A program made the position numbers and the translations under genes. Source: a virus (taxonomy: Duplodnaviria > Caudoviricetes). From it: a stretch of 24,187 bases of DNA. A model generated the notes under the pieces. The model was not told the DNA's origin. It saw only the letters and a program-made list of their open reading frames with translations, and did no database searches. Positions 8,315-17,811 of the stretch are shown one piece after another. The stretch covers positions 1 to 24,187 of the IMG/VR virus record IMGVR_UViG_3300037483_000337, one strand, 5' to 3'. Position 1 is the stretch's first letter, and every line of letters starts with the position of its first letter.

Positions 8315-8712
8315 GGCGCAGTATCTACAACGAGTGCCTGCCGGCGCTGTCGTTGACGGCCCTGGCCAGGACGGCCAGTGCGAACGGGACCACCGTCGAC
8401 AGGCTTCTGTCCGCCGAGCAGTTCCGTTCCTCGATGCTGATCGTGAATGTCGGCACGGTCACGGACGGCACGCATGCGTTCAAGCTGCAGGACTCTCCGA
8501 ACGACTCGGACTGGACGGACTGTGTGGCCGCCGATCTGCAGGGGTCGGCGATCTCGGTGACCTCGGCCAACGACGAGGCGGTGTTCGTCCTCGGCTACAC
8601 CGGCAGCGGACGCTACCTGCGGGCGGTCGTCACGGTCACGGGTTCGCCCGCGACGGGCGGCGTCTACTCGGCGACGATCGTGTCGTCGGGCCACAGCACG
8701 CCGGTCAGGTAG
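8311..8712 (+). CDS. Probable capsid decoration/cement-like beta-sandwich protein
   Basis: ATG 8311 in an ATGA overlap. Motifs KLQDSPNDSDWTD and GYTGSGRYLRAVVTV. Located just after MCP. Confidence 0.65.
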   Translation: MRRSIYNECLPALSLTALARTASANGTTVDRLLSAEQFRSSMLIVNVGTVTDGTHAFKLQDSPNDSDWTDCVAADLQGSAISVTSANDEAVFVLGYTGSGRYLRAVVTVTGSPATGGVYSATIVSSGHSTPVR

Positions 8713-8715
8713 TCG

Positions 8716-9327
8716 ATGGCTCTGGTCCACGCTTATTGCACGGTCGATGACGTCCGGGGTCAGCTGTCCGACGCCGACATCAAGGTCGACGTGACTTTGC
8801 TGGAGCGGGCGATCAATTCGACCAGCCGTGCGGTGGACAAGTGGTGTGGGCGCCGGTTCTGGCAGGACGCCTCCGTGCAGGTGCGCACGTACCGGCCGGA
8901 GGAGTCCTGTTCGGTGCGGGTCGATGACATCAGTACGGCGACCGGGCTGCTGGTGAAGACGGACTCTGGTGCCGATGGCACGTATGAGACGTCGTGGACG
9001 GTCGACACGGATTTTCAGCTGGAGCCGTTGAACGCCTCGGCGGACGGTGGCGCTTATGCCTGGCGGGAGCTGGTCGCGATCGGTTCGAAGCGGTTCCCGT
9101 TGCGTGTTCGCCGTCCTGCTTTGCAGGTGACGGCGAAGTTCGGCTGGAGCGCCGTTCCGGACGAGGTGACGCAGGCGACGGTTCTGCGGGCGGTCGCCCT
9201 GTTCGGCCGCAGGAACAGCCCGAACGGGGTCGCCGGGTTCGGCGACTTCGGGGTGGTGCGGATCGGCCGCCAGGACCCCGACGTGATCGCCCTGCTGGGC
9301 CCGTTCCAGCGTCCGATGGTCGGGTGA
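8716..9327 (+). CDS. Head-to-tail adaptor (connector)
   Basis: YCTVDDVR, SRAVDKWCGRRF, VTAKFGWSAVPDEVTQA; expected position. Confidence 0.85.
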   Translation: MALVHAYCTVDDVRGQLSDADIKVDVTLLERAINSTSRAVDKWCGRRFWQDASVQVRTYRPEESCSVRVDDISTATGLLVKTDSGADGTYETSWTVDTDFQLEPLNASADGGAYAWRELVAIGSKRFPLRVRRPALQVTAKFGWSAVPDEVTQATVLRAVALFGRRNSPNGVAGFGDFGVVRIGRQDPDVIALLGPFQRPMVG

Positions 9328-9500
9328 ACGCGCAAGAGGCCCTGGCCTACTACGGCTACCAGGTTTCCTGCTCGTGCAATCACATGCCCGAGCAGCACGC
9401 CAGCGGTCAGCAGTGCCAGGGCCGCGACTCCTACGAGCTCCCATGTTCCTGCCCGTCCTACTTCGCCGAGGCGGATCCGGAAGAGAGGCTGGTCGGCTGA
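9324..9500 (+). CDS. 58-aa Cys/His-rich protein, putative zinc finger
   Basis: GTGA and TGATG overlaps fill the gap exactly. CSCNH-x4-H-x5-C-x9-CSC motif. Confidence 0.7.
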   Translation: MNAQEALAYYGYQVSCSCNHMPEQHASGQQCQGRDSYELPCSCPSYFAEADPEERLVG

Positions 9501-9937
9501 TGGCGAGCCTGCCCGAGCTCCGCACGGCGCTCTACGACATCTTGTCCACGGTGGATGACCTGACGGTCTACACGTTCACCTCGGAGACGAACCCGAACTA
9601 TCCGGCGCTGCTGATTCAGCCGGCCACGGCGACGTTCACGACCCAGCTGGCCCGCAATACCGGTCAGGACGTGTACGAGTTCGACCTGGTGATTCTCGTG
9701 TCGGGTGCGGATCTGCAGGTCGCCCAGGACTCGCTGGACGCCTACCTGGCCCTGTCGGGCCCGAATTCGATCCGGCAGCTGATCAATGAGAACCCGAAGC
9801 TCGGTCTCGTGGGCGACCTGTCCCGGACGACCGCACGCATCGATCGCATGGAGTCATACGGGATCACCTTGTCGCGGGATGTGGGTGTCCGGGACTTCGG
9901 CGCGGTTCTGCGCCTGATCGTTCGCACCACCGGCTGA
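9500..9937 (+). CDS. Tail terminator / tail completion protein
   Basis: ATG 9500 overlapping TGA. 145 aa with PALLIQP and AQDSLDAYL...SIRQ patterns; lies before the tail tube gene. Confidence 0.75.
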   Translation: MASLPELRTALYDILSTVDDLTVYTFTSETNPNYPALLIQPATATFTTQLARNTGQDVYEFDLVILVSGADLQVAQDSLDAYLALSGPNSIRQLINENPKLGLVGDLSRTTARIDRMESYGITLSRDVGVRDFGAVLRLIVRTTG

Positions 9938-9976
9938 TCTGCCGGTCCTTCCTTCCTCCTCGAAAGGGGAATCCGC

Positions 9977-10483
9977 ATGGCCTTGACCAGCAGTGTGACG
10001 GTGCAGCTTGAGGGGCTGCTCACGTCGGCGCTCGATCTCAGTACCGTTTCGTCTCCGGTCGTCATTCCACAGCACTATCCGCTGTCGTCTGGGACGGGCG
10101 CGAACCAGGCGGACAAGATGTTCGCCGACACGCGGACCCTGGCCGCGTCCGCCACGGAGAACCTGGACCTCGCGGGCACTCTCCTCGATGCGTTCGGCGC
10201 GGCGATCACCTTCGTGAAGGTCAAGGCGTTCCTCATTCGGGCCGCTGCGGCGAACACGAACAATGTCCTCGTGGGCGGTCACGCGTCCGCCGCGTTCGTG
10301 AACTGGGTCTCCGATGCGACCGACGTCGTCGTCGTCAAGCCCGGCGGTCTGCTCCTGCTCGTCGCTCCGAACGCGGCTGGTTACGGCGTGACCGCGACGA
10401 CCGGCGACATGCTGACGATCACGAACTCCGCTGGCACCACGGGCGTGACGTACGACGTGGCCATCCTCGGTACGAGTGCCTGA
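9977..10483 (+). CDS. Hypothetical beta-rich virion-associated protein
   Basis: SD GAAAGGGG. Rich in Ala/Thr/Gly/Val, strongly GC3-biased codons, within the head-tail block. Confidence 0.75.
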   Translation: MALTSSVTVQLEGLLTSALDLSTVSSPVVIPQHYPLSSGTGANQADKMFADTRTLAASATENLDLAGTLLDAFGAAITFVKVKAFLIRAAAANTNNVLVGGHASAAFVNWVSDATDVVVVKPGGLLLLVAPNAAGYGVTATTGDMLTITNSAGTTGVTYDVAILGTSA

Positions 10484-10692
10484 TGAAGCTCATCAAGATC
10501 AAGCACCCGACGCTGGACGACGGCCGGGTCACCGAGGTCCCCGAGCAGTCCATGTCCCACTGGGCCGCCGCCGGCTGGGTCCCGGACGAGCCCGCCCCCG
10601 AGACCGCGCCCGCCGAAGTGCCTGCCGCACCTGCGGTGGACGACCCCGAAGTTCCGAAGCGGCGCGGCCGCATGAGCAAGGAGAGTGAGTAA
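10483..10692 (+). CDS. Small hypothetical protein preceding the tail tube gene
   Basis: TGATG and TAATG overlaps. HP...VP...W...GW N-terminus with a Pro/Glu-rich tail. Confidence 0.7.
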   Translation: MKLIKIKHPTLDDGRVTEVPEQSMSHWAAAGWVPDEPAPETAPAEVPAAPAVDDPEVPKRRGRMSKESE

Positions 10693-11180
10693 TGGTTGCC
10701 TCGAACATTGCCGCGTCGACCCGGTACATCAACCCCGAGACCACCGACATCTACTTCGTCACGTCGATCTCGAGCAAGGCCGCGCCCACCAGGGCCGAGC
10801 TGAACGCGGGTACGAACCTCGTCGGCGAGAACTCCGCCAGCGAGGGGTGGAACATCTCGGCCGAGCAGGTCCCCACCCCGGACATGGGCAACCTGTTCAC
10901 CGGCTCGATCCCTGGTCGTCTGTCGGCCGAGGACTCCAGCCTGACCATGTACGCCGACCTGGAGGGCGTGGACGCCCGCACCCTGATGCCGCGCGGCACA
11001 AACGGGTTCATCGTGTGGCTGGACGGCGGGGACGTCGCCGGTTATCTGATGGACGTGTTCCCGGTCCGGGTCGCCTCCCTCGGTAAGACGCGGTCGGTCG
11101 AGGGCAGTGAGGCGGCGGTCATCGACATCATGTTCTCGATCACGTCCGCCCCGGCCGAGAACGTCACCATCCCGGCGTAG
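10692..11180 (+). CDS. Major tail (tail tube) protein
   Basis: APTRAELNAGTNL, VPTPDMG...SIPGR, DVFPVRV, typical of actinophage tail tubes. Confidence 0.9.
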   Translation: MVASNIAASTRYINPETTDIYFVTSISSKAAPTRAELNAGTNLVGENSASEGWNISAEQVPTPDMGNLFTGSIPGRLSAEDSSLTMYADLEGVDARTLMPRGTNGFIVWLDGGDVAGYLMDVFPVRVASLGKTRSVEGSEAAVIDIMFSITSAPAENVTIPA

Positions 11181-11183
11181 CCG

Positions 11184-11681
11184 ATGCCCGGCCGATACCT
11201 GTCGGTAACCGGCGGCAGGGAGCTGCGGGCGCTGGCCAGGGATCTGCGCGGCCACGCCGACCGCAAGGAGATCAACGCCCGGCTTCGGCGCGAACTGCGG
11301 TTCGCGGCCAAGGAGATGATCCCGCCGGTCCGGGCGGCGATCCTCGCGATCCCCTCCAAGGGCCAGAGCGCCGCCCGCGGCCGCCCGTCACTGCGCCGCA
11401 AAATGTCCAGCGCCACCCAGGTCGCCGTCCGCACCACGGGCGGAAGCGCGGGCGTGAAGCTGTGGGTGAACCCCCGCCGCATGCCACCGGGCCAGGGTTC
11501 CCTGCCGGGCTACATGGAGGGTGAGGGCCGCTGGCGGCACCCCACGTTCGGGTCCGAGCCGTGGTTCACCCAGGCCCCGCACCCGTATTTCTACCGGACC
11601 GTCGCACCGCTCATTCCCCGCGCAGAGCGGGCCGCTGAGCAGGTCCTTGATTCCATCGCCGACGAGATCGAAAGAGGTTAG
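11184..11681 (+). CDS. HK97 gp10-like neck/tail completion protein
   Basis: Basic protein with GGRELRALARDL, YMEG...WRHP and PHPYF motifs. Confidence 0.65.
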   Translation: MPGRYLSVTGGRELRALARDLRGHADRKEINARLRRELRFAAKEMIPPVRAAILAIPSKGQSAARGRPSLRRKMSSATQVAVRTTGGSAGVKLWVNPRRMPPGQGSLPGYMEGEGRWRHPTFGSEPWFTQAPHPYFYRTVAPLIPRAERAAEQVLDSIADEIERG

Positions 11682-11683
11682 TC

Positions 11684-12040
11684 ATGCCACCCGCGCGCAG
11701 GACCAACACCCGTTCCACCCGCCCCGGCGGCAAGTCCGTCCCGTCCAGCGTGAACCTCGACACGATTGCCGCCGAAGTCGATCTGGAGCCGTTCAGGGTC
11801 ACCTGGAAGGGCGAAGAGTGGGTGTTCGCCCACGTCGAGTCCCTCGACTCGTGGGAGATCGACCAGGCACAAGCGGACAACGACAACATCGCGATCATCG
11901 CCCTCGCTCTCGGCGAGGAACGGTGGAAGGCGTTCAACAGCATTCCGATTCCACTCGGCCTGATGAGCCGGATCGTCGACGACTACACGGCGCACTGCGG
12001 GATCAGCGTGGGGGAATCTGGGCGCTCCGGACGTTCCTAG
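11684..12040 (+). CDS. Tail assembly chaperone (short form, G)
   Basis: SD GAGG. Upstream of the tape measure gene, ending in the slippery GTG GGG GAA (V-G-E). Confidence 0.85.
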   Translation: MPPARRTNTRSTRPGGKSVPSSVNLDTIAAEVDLEPFRVTWKGEEWVFAHVESLDSWEIDQAQADNDNIAIIALALGEERWKAFNSIPIPLGLMSRIVDDYTAHCGISVGESGRSGRS

Positions 12041-12321
12041 CGGAGCATCACGGAGCGGTCGACTTCGACCTCGGCCACTACCGCAACGGCATGACCATGC
12101 GCCGCTTCGTCATGGGCGAGATGACCTGGCGCGAACTGCGGGACTTCATCAAGCACCTCCCGCGCAACTCGGCCACGAAACGGTCCATCCTCGGCGAGGC
12201 CGCTGACTGGACGCCTGAGGCGGAGATCCTCGCCAACATCTGGGAGTGGTACGCCGCCGTCCATTCCAAAAAGGACCAGTACCCCACTTATCCGCGGCCG
12301 GAGTTCCCCGACGACAACTGA
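11684..12321 (+). CDS. Tail assembly chaperone (long form, G-T) made by programmed -1 frameshift at GGGGGAA 12010-12016
   Basis: The -1 frame is open from the slippery site to 12321 and reads HHGAVDFDL...TWRELRDFIKHLPRNSAT...WTPEAEILANIWE...YPRP. Confidence 0.85.
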
Positions 12322-12345
12322 ACATCGACGCCCAGGGGGTGAGCC

Positions 12346-15300
12346 ATGGCCCGTACCGTCCTGCTCAACCTGCTGGGTACCGACAACGCCAGCCGTGCGT
12401 TCCGGTCCGCTTCCCGCGAGGCGGACCGTACTGCGGACTCCGTCGATCGGCTCAACGACCGGAATGCGGCCGCCGGCGACAGTGGCGGCCGGCTGACGTC
12501 GATGCTCGGCCGTCTCGCCCCGGCGGCGGGGCAGGCGGCGGCGTCCATCGGGACGGTGGCCGCCGGGCTGGGCGCGTCGATTCCGGTCGCCGCGGGCCTG
12601 GTCGCGACCCTCGTTCAGATCGCTCCGGCTGCGGCTGTGGCGGCGACGGGTATCGGTGCCGCCGCCTTGGCTATGGGCGCGTTCAAGATCGGGATGCAGG
12701 GTGTCAGCGAGGCGGCCACGGCGGCGCTCGACCCGAGCAATCCCGAGGCCTACGCCGCGGCCCTGGCCAAGCTGTCGCCCAACGCGCGCGCGTTCGTCCA
12801 GGAGATCCGCGCGCTCCAGCCCGCCCTGGCCGGGATCAAGACGGCCGTCCAAGACCGGCTGTTCGAGAACCTCGGCGCGTCCCTCAAGACCACGGCCGCC
12901 GCCGTCCTACCGGACCTGAAGCGCGGCCTGGTCGAAGCGGCCGGGGCGTTGAACGGCATGGCGTTCAACGCGATGGGCGCGGCAAGGTCCCTGGCCAAGA
13001 ACGGCACCCTCGGTGCTGCGGTCGATGGTGCGACGGGCGGGTTGAAGAACCTCACCAAGGTTCCGGGGCAGGTCCTGACCGCCTTCGTGCAGCTCGCCGC
13101 CGCTGCCGCTCCTGCCTTCGGGCGGCTCACCAAGGCCATCGGCAACGTGGCCACCAAGGCGTCTCAGGCGCTCAGTGGCGCGTTCAAGTCCGGCGCGATC
13201 GGTGATGCCATCGACGTCGCGGTCGGCCTGCTGAAGGAACTCGGCGCGGTCGCCAAGAACGTGTTCACCATCGTCAGCAACATCTTCAAGACAGCTCAGG
13301 TGTCCGGCGGCGGGTTCGTCGGCACGCTGAAGACGATCACCGGAGCGCTTGCCAAGGTGTCGGCGAACCCTGCGTTCCAGGCCGGGCTGCGCGCGATCTT
13401 CCAGACGATGAACCAGCTGGCCACCACGGCCGCACCGCTGCTAGCTCAGGCCCTCCTGGCGATCGCCCCCGTCTTCACCGCACTGGGCCCGCCGCTTCAG
13501 CTGTTTATTCAGCAGCTCGGCGTGGCATTGCAGCCGGTGATCGCCGCACTCGGCCCCGCCCTGGTCGCCATGGCTACATCCTTCGGCACGATCCTCACGG
13601 CCGTCGCCCCGCTGCTGCCCGTCCTGGGCCAACTGGTCGCCGGGATCCTGACACCGCTCGCTCCGATACTTGCCGCCCTGACCCCGGCCATCGTTGGGAT
13701 CGTCGGGGCGCTGCGCGTGTGGTCTGCAGTCCAAGGCGTCCTCAACGTTCTGCTCGCGGCCAACCCCATCGGGCTGATCGTGATTGCCATCGGCGCGCTG
13801 GTCGCTGGATTGATCTACGCCTACAAGAACAGCGAGACCTTCCGCGACGTCGTTAACGGTGTCTGGGAGGCAGTGAAGACCGCGTTCACTACGGCATGGG
13901 ATGTGATCCGCCCAGCCCTAGTGGGGCTGAAGGATGCATTCGTCCACCTGGGGGAATCGCTCCAGCCTCTGGTCGACGCCATCGGAAACCTGATCAGCGA
14001 GGGCATTCAGGCGATCCAGCCCTACCTGCCCACCCTCGGCGACGCGCTGAAGACGTTGGCCGGGATCTTCACCGACACCCTGAAGCTGGCGATCGATGGG
14101 ATAACCCTGGCGGTCGAGCTGACGGCCAAGGCGATCGACACTTTCACGCAGTTCCTTAACGGGGACGCGTCGGCCTCGCTGAAGAACTTCGGGCAGACGG
14201 CCCAAGAGACGGCGACCTCGATCGTCGAGAGCCTCGGGTCGCTGCCCGAGAAGACCGGCCCGGCGCTTGGTCAGTGGGCGATCAAGTTCGGGCTGGCCCT
14301 CAACGACATCGCGGACGAGGTGAAGGACGTCTTCGGCGCTCTGTACGACGACATCGAAGTGGTGATGATCAAGATCGGGGCGAGGATCCCCGGCGCACTC
14401 AGGGCGGCTGTCGGCGGGGTGAAGGCTGCCGCCACGGCGGTCGGCAAGGCGGTGCTCGCCGGTCTCAACATCGTCGCGCCCGAGCTGGTCTGGGCCGTAC
14501 GGAACTGGGTCAAGGGCATGACCGGGATCCTCTCGGCGGTCGTGCCCCGCATGATCGCAATCGGGAAGTCGATCATCGGCGGCCTGGTCTCCGGTATCAA
14601 GTCGGCGATCCCGAGCCTGAGCGGCGCGCTGGGCGCGATCACCTCGATGATCCCCGACTGGAAGGGTCCGCCCGAGAAGGACGCCAAGCTGCTGCGCCCC
14701 GCTGGCGTCGCCATCATGGGCGGCCTGATCGAGGGGATCGACAGCCAGACCGTCAAACTCAAGGGCAAGCTCGGCGAGGTCACCCAGACCATCACGAAAG
14801 CGTTCGGCGAGGGCACGATCTCACTCGTCCCGATCGGCGACCTGGGCAAGAAGCTCCGCCAGGCCCTGACCAAGGGCGCGGATGAGATCTCGGACGTCGT
14901 GAAGCAGATCCGCGCGAAGATCAACGACGCGTTCAAGGCCGGGACGATCAATGCCGGGCAGCGCGACGGCCTCGTCGACTACCTGACCACGACGAACAAG
15001 AAGCTCCGCACGCTGGCCAAGGAACGGGCTGAGGTAGTCGACAAGATCAAGGAGATCACGGACTACGCCAAGAAGATCACCGAGTCCGTCCTGAACTATG
15101 CGGCGATCACGAACATCAAGGGCGACGACGGGGCGGCCCCCAATGGCGGGCAGCTGGTGGCCGGTCTCCAGGCCCGGCTGGCGACCATCCGCGAGTTCGG
15201 CGCCAACATCAAGAAGCTCGCGGGCGCGGGGCTGTCCAAGGCCTTGCTCCGGCAGATCCTCGACGCCGGGATCGACGGCGGCGCGGCCATCGCCGCCGAG

Positions 15301-15840
15301 CTCGCGAACGGTCCGAGCAGCATCATCGCGGCCCTGAACACGGCCCAAACCCAGATCACGAAGATCGCCAAGGGCATCGGTCTCGACGGGGCCGATGCGC
15401 TGTTCGGGTCGGGCAAGGCGATGGGCGATGCGTTCCTGAAGGGTCTGAAGAGCCTGGAGAAGGCCTTGGTCGACTCCATGGAGCTGCTGGTCGAGAAGCT
15501 GCTGAAGGCGCTGACGGGCGGGGTCGACAAGGCCAAGGGCAAGCTCACCGAACTGGCCGACGCCTCTTACAAGATCAACGAGCTGGCTGTGGCCGTGTCA
15601 CAGGTGAAGCTCGTCCCCTACAATCCAGGCCCGAACCCGAAGGCCCCGACACCGTTGGTGAATCCGCCCGCACCCAAGGCCGTGCCGAAGTACGTCGCCC
15701 CGCCCGTGAAGAACAACGTCCTCACCAGCAACAACAAGGGCGTGACCGTGAACATGGGGGGCGTCACCCTGCGGGACAAAGCCGACACGGACATGCTGAT
15801 GAACGCGGTCCAGACCAAGATCCGTGCGGCGGCTTTCTGA
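12346..15840 (+). CDS. Tape measure protein
   Basis: Longest ORF (1164 aa), Ala/Gly/Leu-rich and helical, ANPIGLIVIAIGAL...YKNSETFRD motif, follows the chaperone pair. Confidence 0.96.
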   Translation: MARTVLLNLLGTDNASRAFRSASREADRTADSVDRLNDRNAAAGDSGGRLTSMLGRLAPAAGQAAASIGTVAAGLGASIPVAAGLVATLVQIAPAAAVAATGIGAAALAMGAFKIGMQGVSEAATAALDPSNPEAYAAALAKLSPNARAFVQEIRALQPALAGIKTAVQDRLFENLGASLKTTAAAVLPDLKRGLVEAAGALNGMAFNAMGAARSLAKNGTLGAAVDGATGGLKNLTKVPGQVLTAFVQLAAAAAPAFGRLTKAIGNVATKASQALSGAFKSGAIGDAIDVAVGLLKELGAVAKNVFTIVSNIFKTAQVSGGGFVGTLKTITGALAKVSANPAFQAGLRAIFQTMNQLATTAAPLLAQALLAIAPVFTALGPPLQLFIQQLGVALQPVIAALGPALVAMATSFGTILTAVAPLLPVLGQLVAGILTPLAPILAALTPAIVGIVGALRVWSAVQGVLNVLLAANPIGLIVIAIGALVAGLIYAYKNSETFRDVVNGVWEAVKTAFTTAWDVIRPALVGLKDAFVHLGESLQPLVDAIGNLISEGIQAIQPYLPTLGDALKTLAGIFTDTLKLAIDGITLAVELTAKAIDTFTQFLNGDASASLKNFGQTAQETATSIVESLGSLPEKTGPALGQWAIKFGLALNDIADEVKDVFGALYDDIEVVMIKIGARIPGALRAAVGGVKAAATAVGKAVLAGLNIVAPELVWAVRNWVKGMTGILSAVVPRMIAIGKSIIGGLVSGIKSAIPSLSGALGAITSMIPDWKGPPEKDAKLLRPAGVAIMGGLIEGIDSQTVKLKGKLGEVTQTITKAFGEGTISLVPIGDLGKKLRQALTKGADEISDVVKQIRAKINDAFKAGTINAGQRDGLVDYLTTTNKKLRTLAKERAEVVDKIKEITDYAKKITESVLNYAAITNIKGDDGAAPNGGQLVAGLQARLATIREFGANIKKLAGAGLSKALLRQILDAGIDGGAAIAAELANGPSSIIAALNTAQTQITKIAKGIGLDGADALFGSGKAMGDAFLKGLKSLEKALVDSMELLVEKLLKALTGGVDKAKGKLTELADASYKINELAVAVSQVKLVPYNPGPNPKAPTPLVNPPAPKAVPKYVAPPVKNNVLTSNNKGVTVNMGGVTLRDKADTDMLMNAVQTKIRAAAF

Positions 15841-16700
15841 TGGCCATCACCGCTGCGGCCATCGTGGACGGCGACCGGGAGATGATCCTCTACCCGCGCA
15901 TGGACGACGGCCTGGTCCTGCTCGGCATCGACGCGCCCGGCCCGGGCATCCGCGCCGTGTCGACACCGCGTACCGACGACGACGGCGAGGACGACACCAC
16001 CGAACTGTACGGGGCGACGTCGTGCGCGGTCCGGTTGCTGGCCACCGCCACCCCGGCCGCATGGAGGGACGAGCTGGGCGGCTACCTGCACCCGGCGTCC
16101 CGCCCGTACCTGGTCGTGTCCGATGACGAGTGGGCGCAGGTCCGCCGATTGCGACTGCGGTCCAGCGACTGGTCCGACCCGCGGGACGCCGACCAGGCCC
16201 CGGAGCACCGCAACATCCTCGTGCAATGGCGCGTGCCCGACGGCGGGTGGGAGGCCGACGACGAGGCCACCGTGACCCTCAGCTCCGACATCCCCAGCTC
16301 GGTCGGGTTCTCCTTCCCCATCACCTTCCCGCTGACGCTGGACGCCACGTCGTCCGGGGGTTCGCTGCAGACGGTCAACGTCGGCAACGCGCCGGCCCAC
16401 ATCGTCGCCCGCCTGTACGGGCCGTGCTCGGCCCCGAGATTGATCAACGACTCGACGGGTGAGGAGATCGTCTTCACCACGGATCTGGTGCTGACGGCCG
16501 GCCAGTACATCGAGATATCGACCCGGAACAAAACCGCCTACCTGCTGTCGGAGGTGACCGCATCCCGGACGAACATGATCGATTTCTCCGCGAACACCTG
16601 GTGGCAGCTCCAGAAGGGCCTTCAATCCCTCCGCTTCACCGGCACCGACTCCTCCACCGGGTCCCAGGCCGTCATCTACTACCGGCCCGTATGGCTCTAA
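15840..16700 (+). CDS. Distal tail protein (Dit-like minor tail protein)
   Basis: TGATG overlap with the tape measure gene. GFSFPITFPL, NVGNAPA...GPCSAP, WWQLQKG motifs. Confidence 0.85.
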   Translation: MAITAAAIVDGDREMILYPRMDDGLVLLGIDAPGPGIRAVSTPRTDDDGEDDTTELYGATSCAVRLLATATPAAWRDELGGYLHPASRPYLVVSDDEWAQVRRLRLRSSDWSDPRDADQAPEHRNILVQWRVPDGGWEADDEATVTLSSDIPSSVGFSFPITFPLTLDATSSGGSLQTVNVGNAPAHIVARLYGPCSAPRLINDSTGEEIVFTTDLVLTAGQYIEISTRNKTAYLLSEVTASRTNMIDFSANTWWQLQKGLQSLRFTGTDSSTGSQAVIYYRPVWL

Positions 16701-16710
16701 GGGGATCGCT

Positions 16711-17796
16711 GTGACTTTGAAGACGCCGATCATGATGCAGCCCGGCGGCGGCGACAGCGCTATCCCGTACTCCGCCCTGGACTTCCGTTCGATCGTCGAC
16801 GCGCTGATCCTCTCCGAGGGCGTGATCGGCCTGGCGTCGCTGGACGTGAGCCAGCGAGCAGCGGGCGCGAACTTCAGCGTGGACGTTGCCACCGGATTCG
16901 CCTGCATTACTGGCGATGACGTGGCCTTGCAGGGCAAGTACATCGTGCAGAACACGGCCGTGGTCAACCTGGTCATCCCGTCGCCGCCGGTCTCCGGTTC
17001 GCACATCCACCGCGTCATCGCCCAGGTGAAGGACAAGCTGCACAACGGCAGCTACTCGACGTATGAGTGGACGCTGGAAGTGTTGCCCGACGTCGGGTCC
17101 GGCACCCCGGCCCTGCCTGCTTCGGCGATCACCCTGGCGCTGGTCACGGTCGCGTCCGGCGCCTCGAACGTGGTCGACGGGAACATCTCCGACCAGCGGC
17201 TCAGTGCCTTCATGTGGCCGACCAGGCCGCATGCCGTCGGCTCGGACGCGGGCCGGCCTCAGAACCCGCAGGTGTTCGAAACGGTCGGCCGCACCGACCG
17301 GGCCCCGATCCGCGAGGTCTACGACGGCACGGCCTGGCGGATGGACTCCGGTGCCGCGGCCATCTACAAGGACCGCGGCAGCGATGCCACCGGCCGGACC
17401 TCGACCACCCTCGCCGACGACGACGCCCTGAGCGTCACCCTGCTGGCCAACGTCACCTACGAGCTGTCGGCGATCTGGGTCTACACCGCCGATGCCGCGG
17501 GCGACTTCAAGTGGAAGCTGAGTGTGCCGACCAACAGCACGGTCAACGGGTCCGCGCTGGGCCTGCCTGCCGCGTCCACGGGCACGTCGGGTTCGGTCAC
17601 CGTCGACCAGTTCACCGAGGGCAGCACGCTCATCGGCGGCGGATCCGGCGCGACGATCATGACCATCACGGTCAAGGCGAAGGTGTGGGGCGGCGACGGC
17701 GGCACCTTCAAGCTCCAGTGGGCCCGCGACGGCGGCACCGGCACGACCGTCCTCAAGCAGCACAGCTACATGCGCCTCGTGCCCGTCGGCATCTGA
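16711..17796 (+). CDS. Minor tail / baseplate protein
   Basis: SD AAGGGG. N-terminal ANFSVDVATG...PALPASAITLALV...ISDQR baseplate-type domain plus a beta-rich C-terminal domain. Confidence 0.8.
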   Translation: MTLKTPIMMQPGGGDSAIPYSALDFRSIVDALILSEGVIGLASLDVSQRAAGANFSVDVATGFACITGDDVALQGKYIVQNTAVVNLVIPSPPVSGSHIHRVIAQVKDKLHNGSYSTYEWTLEVLPDVGSGTPALPASAITLALVTVASGASNVVDGNISDQRLSAFMWPTRPHAVGSDAGRPQNPQVFETVGRTDRAPIREVYDGTAWRMDSGAAAIYKDRGSDATGRTSTTLADDDALSVTLLANVTYELSAIWVYTADAAGDFKWKLSVPTNSTVNGSALGLPAASTGTSGSVTVDQFTEGSTLIGGGSGATIMTITVKAKVWGGDGGTFKLQWARDGGTGTTVLKQHSYMRLVPVGI

Positions 17797-17811
17797 CCCC
17801 AGGAGATATCG

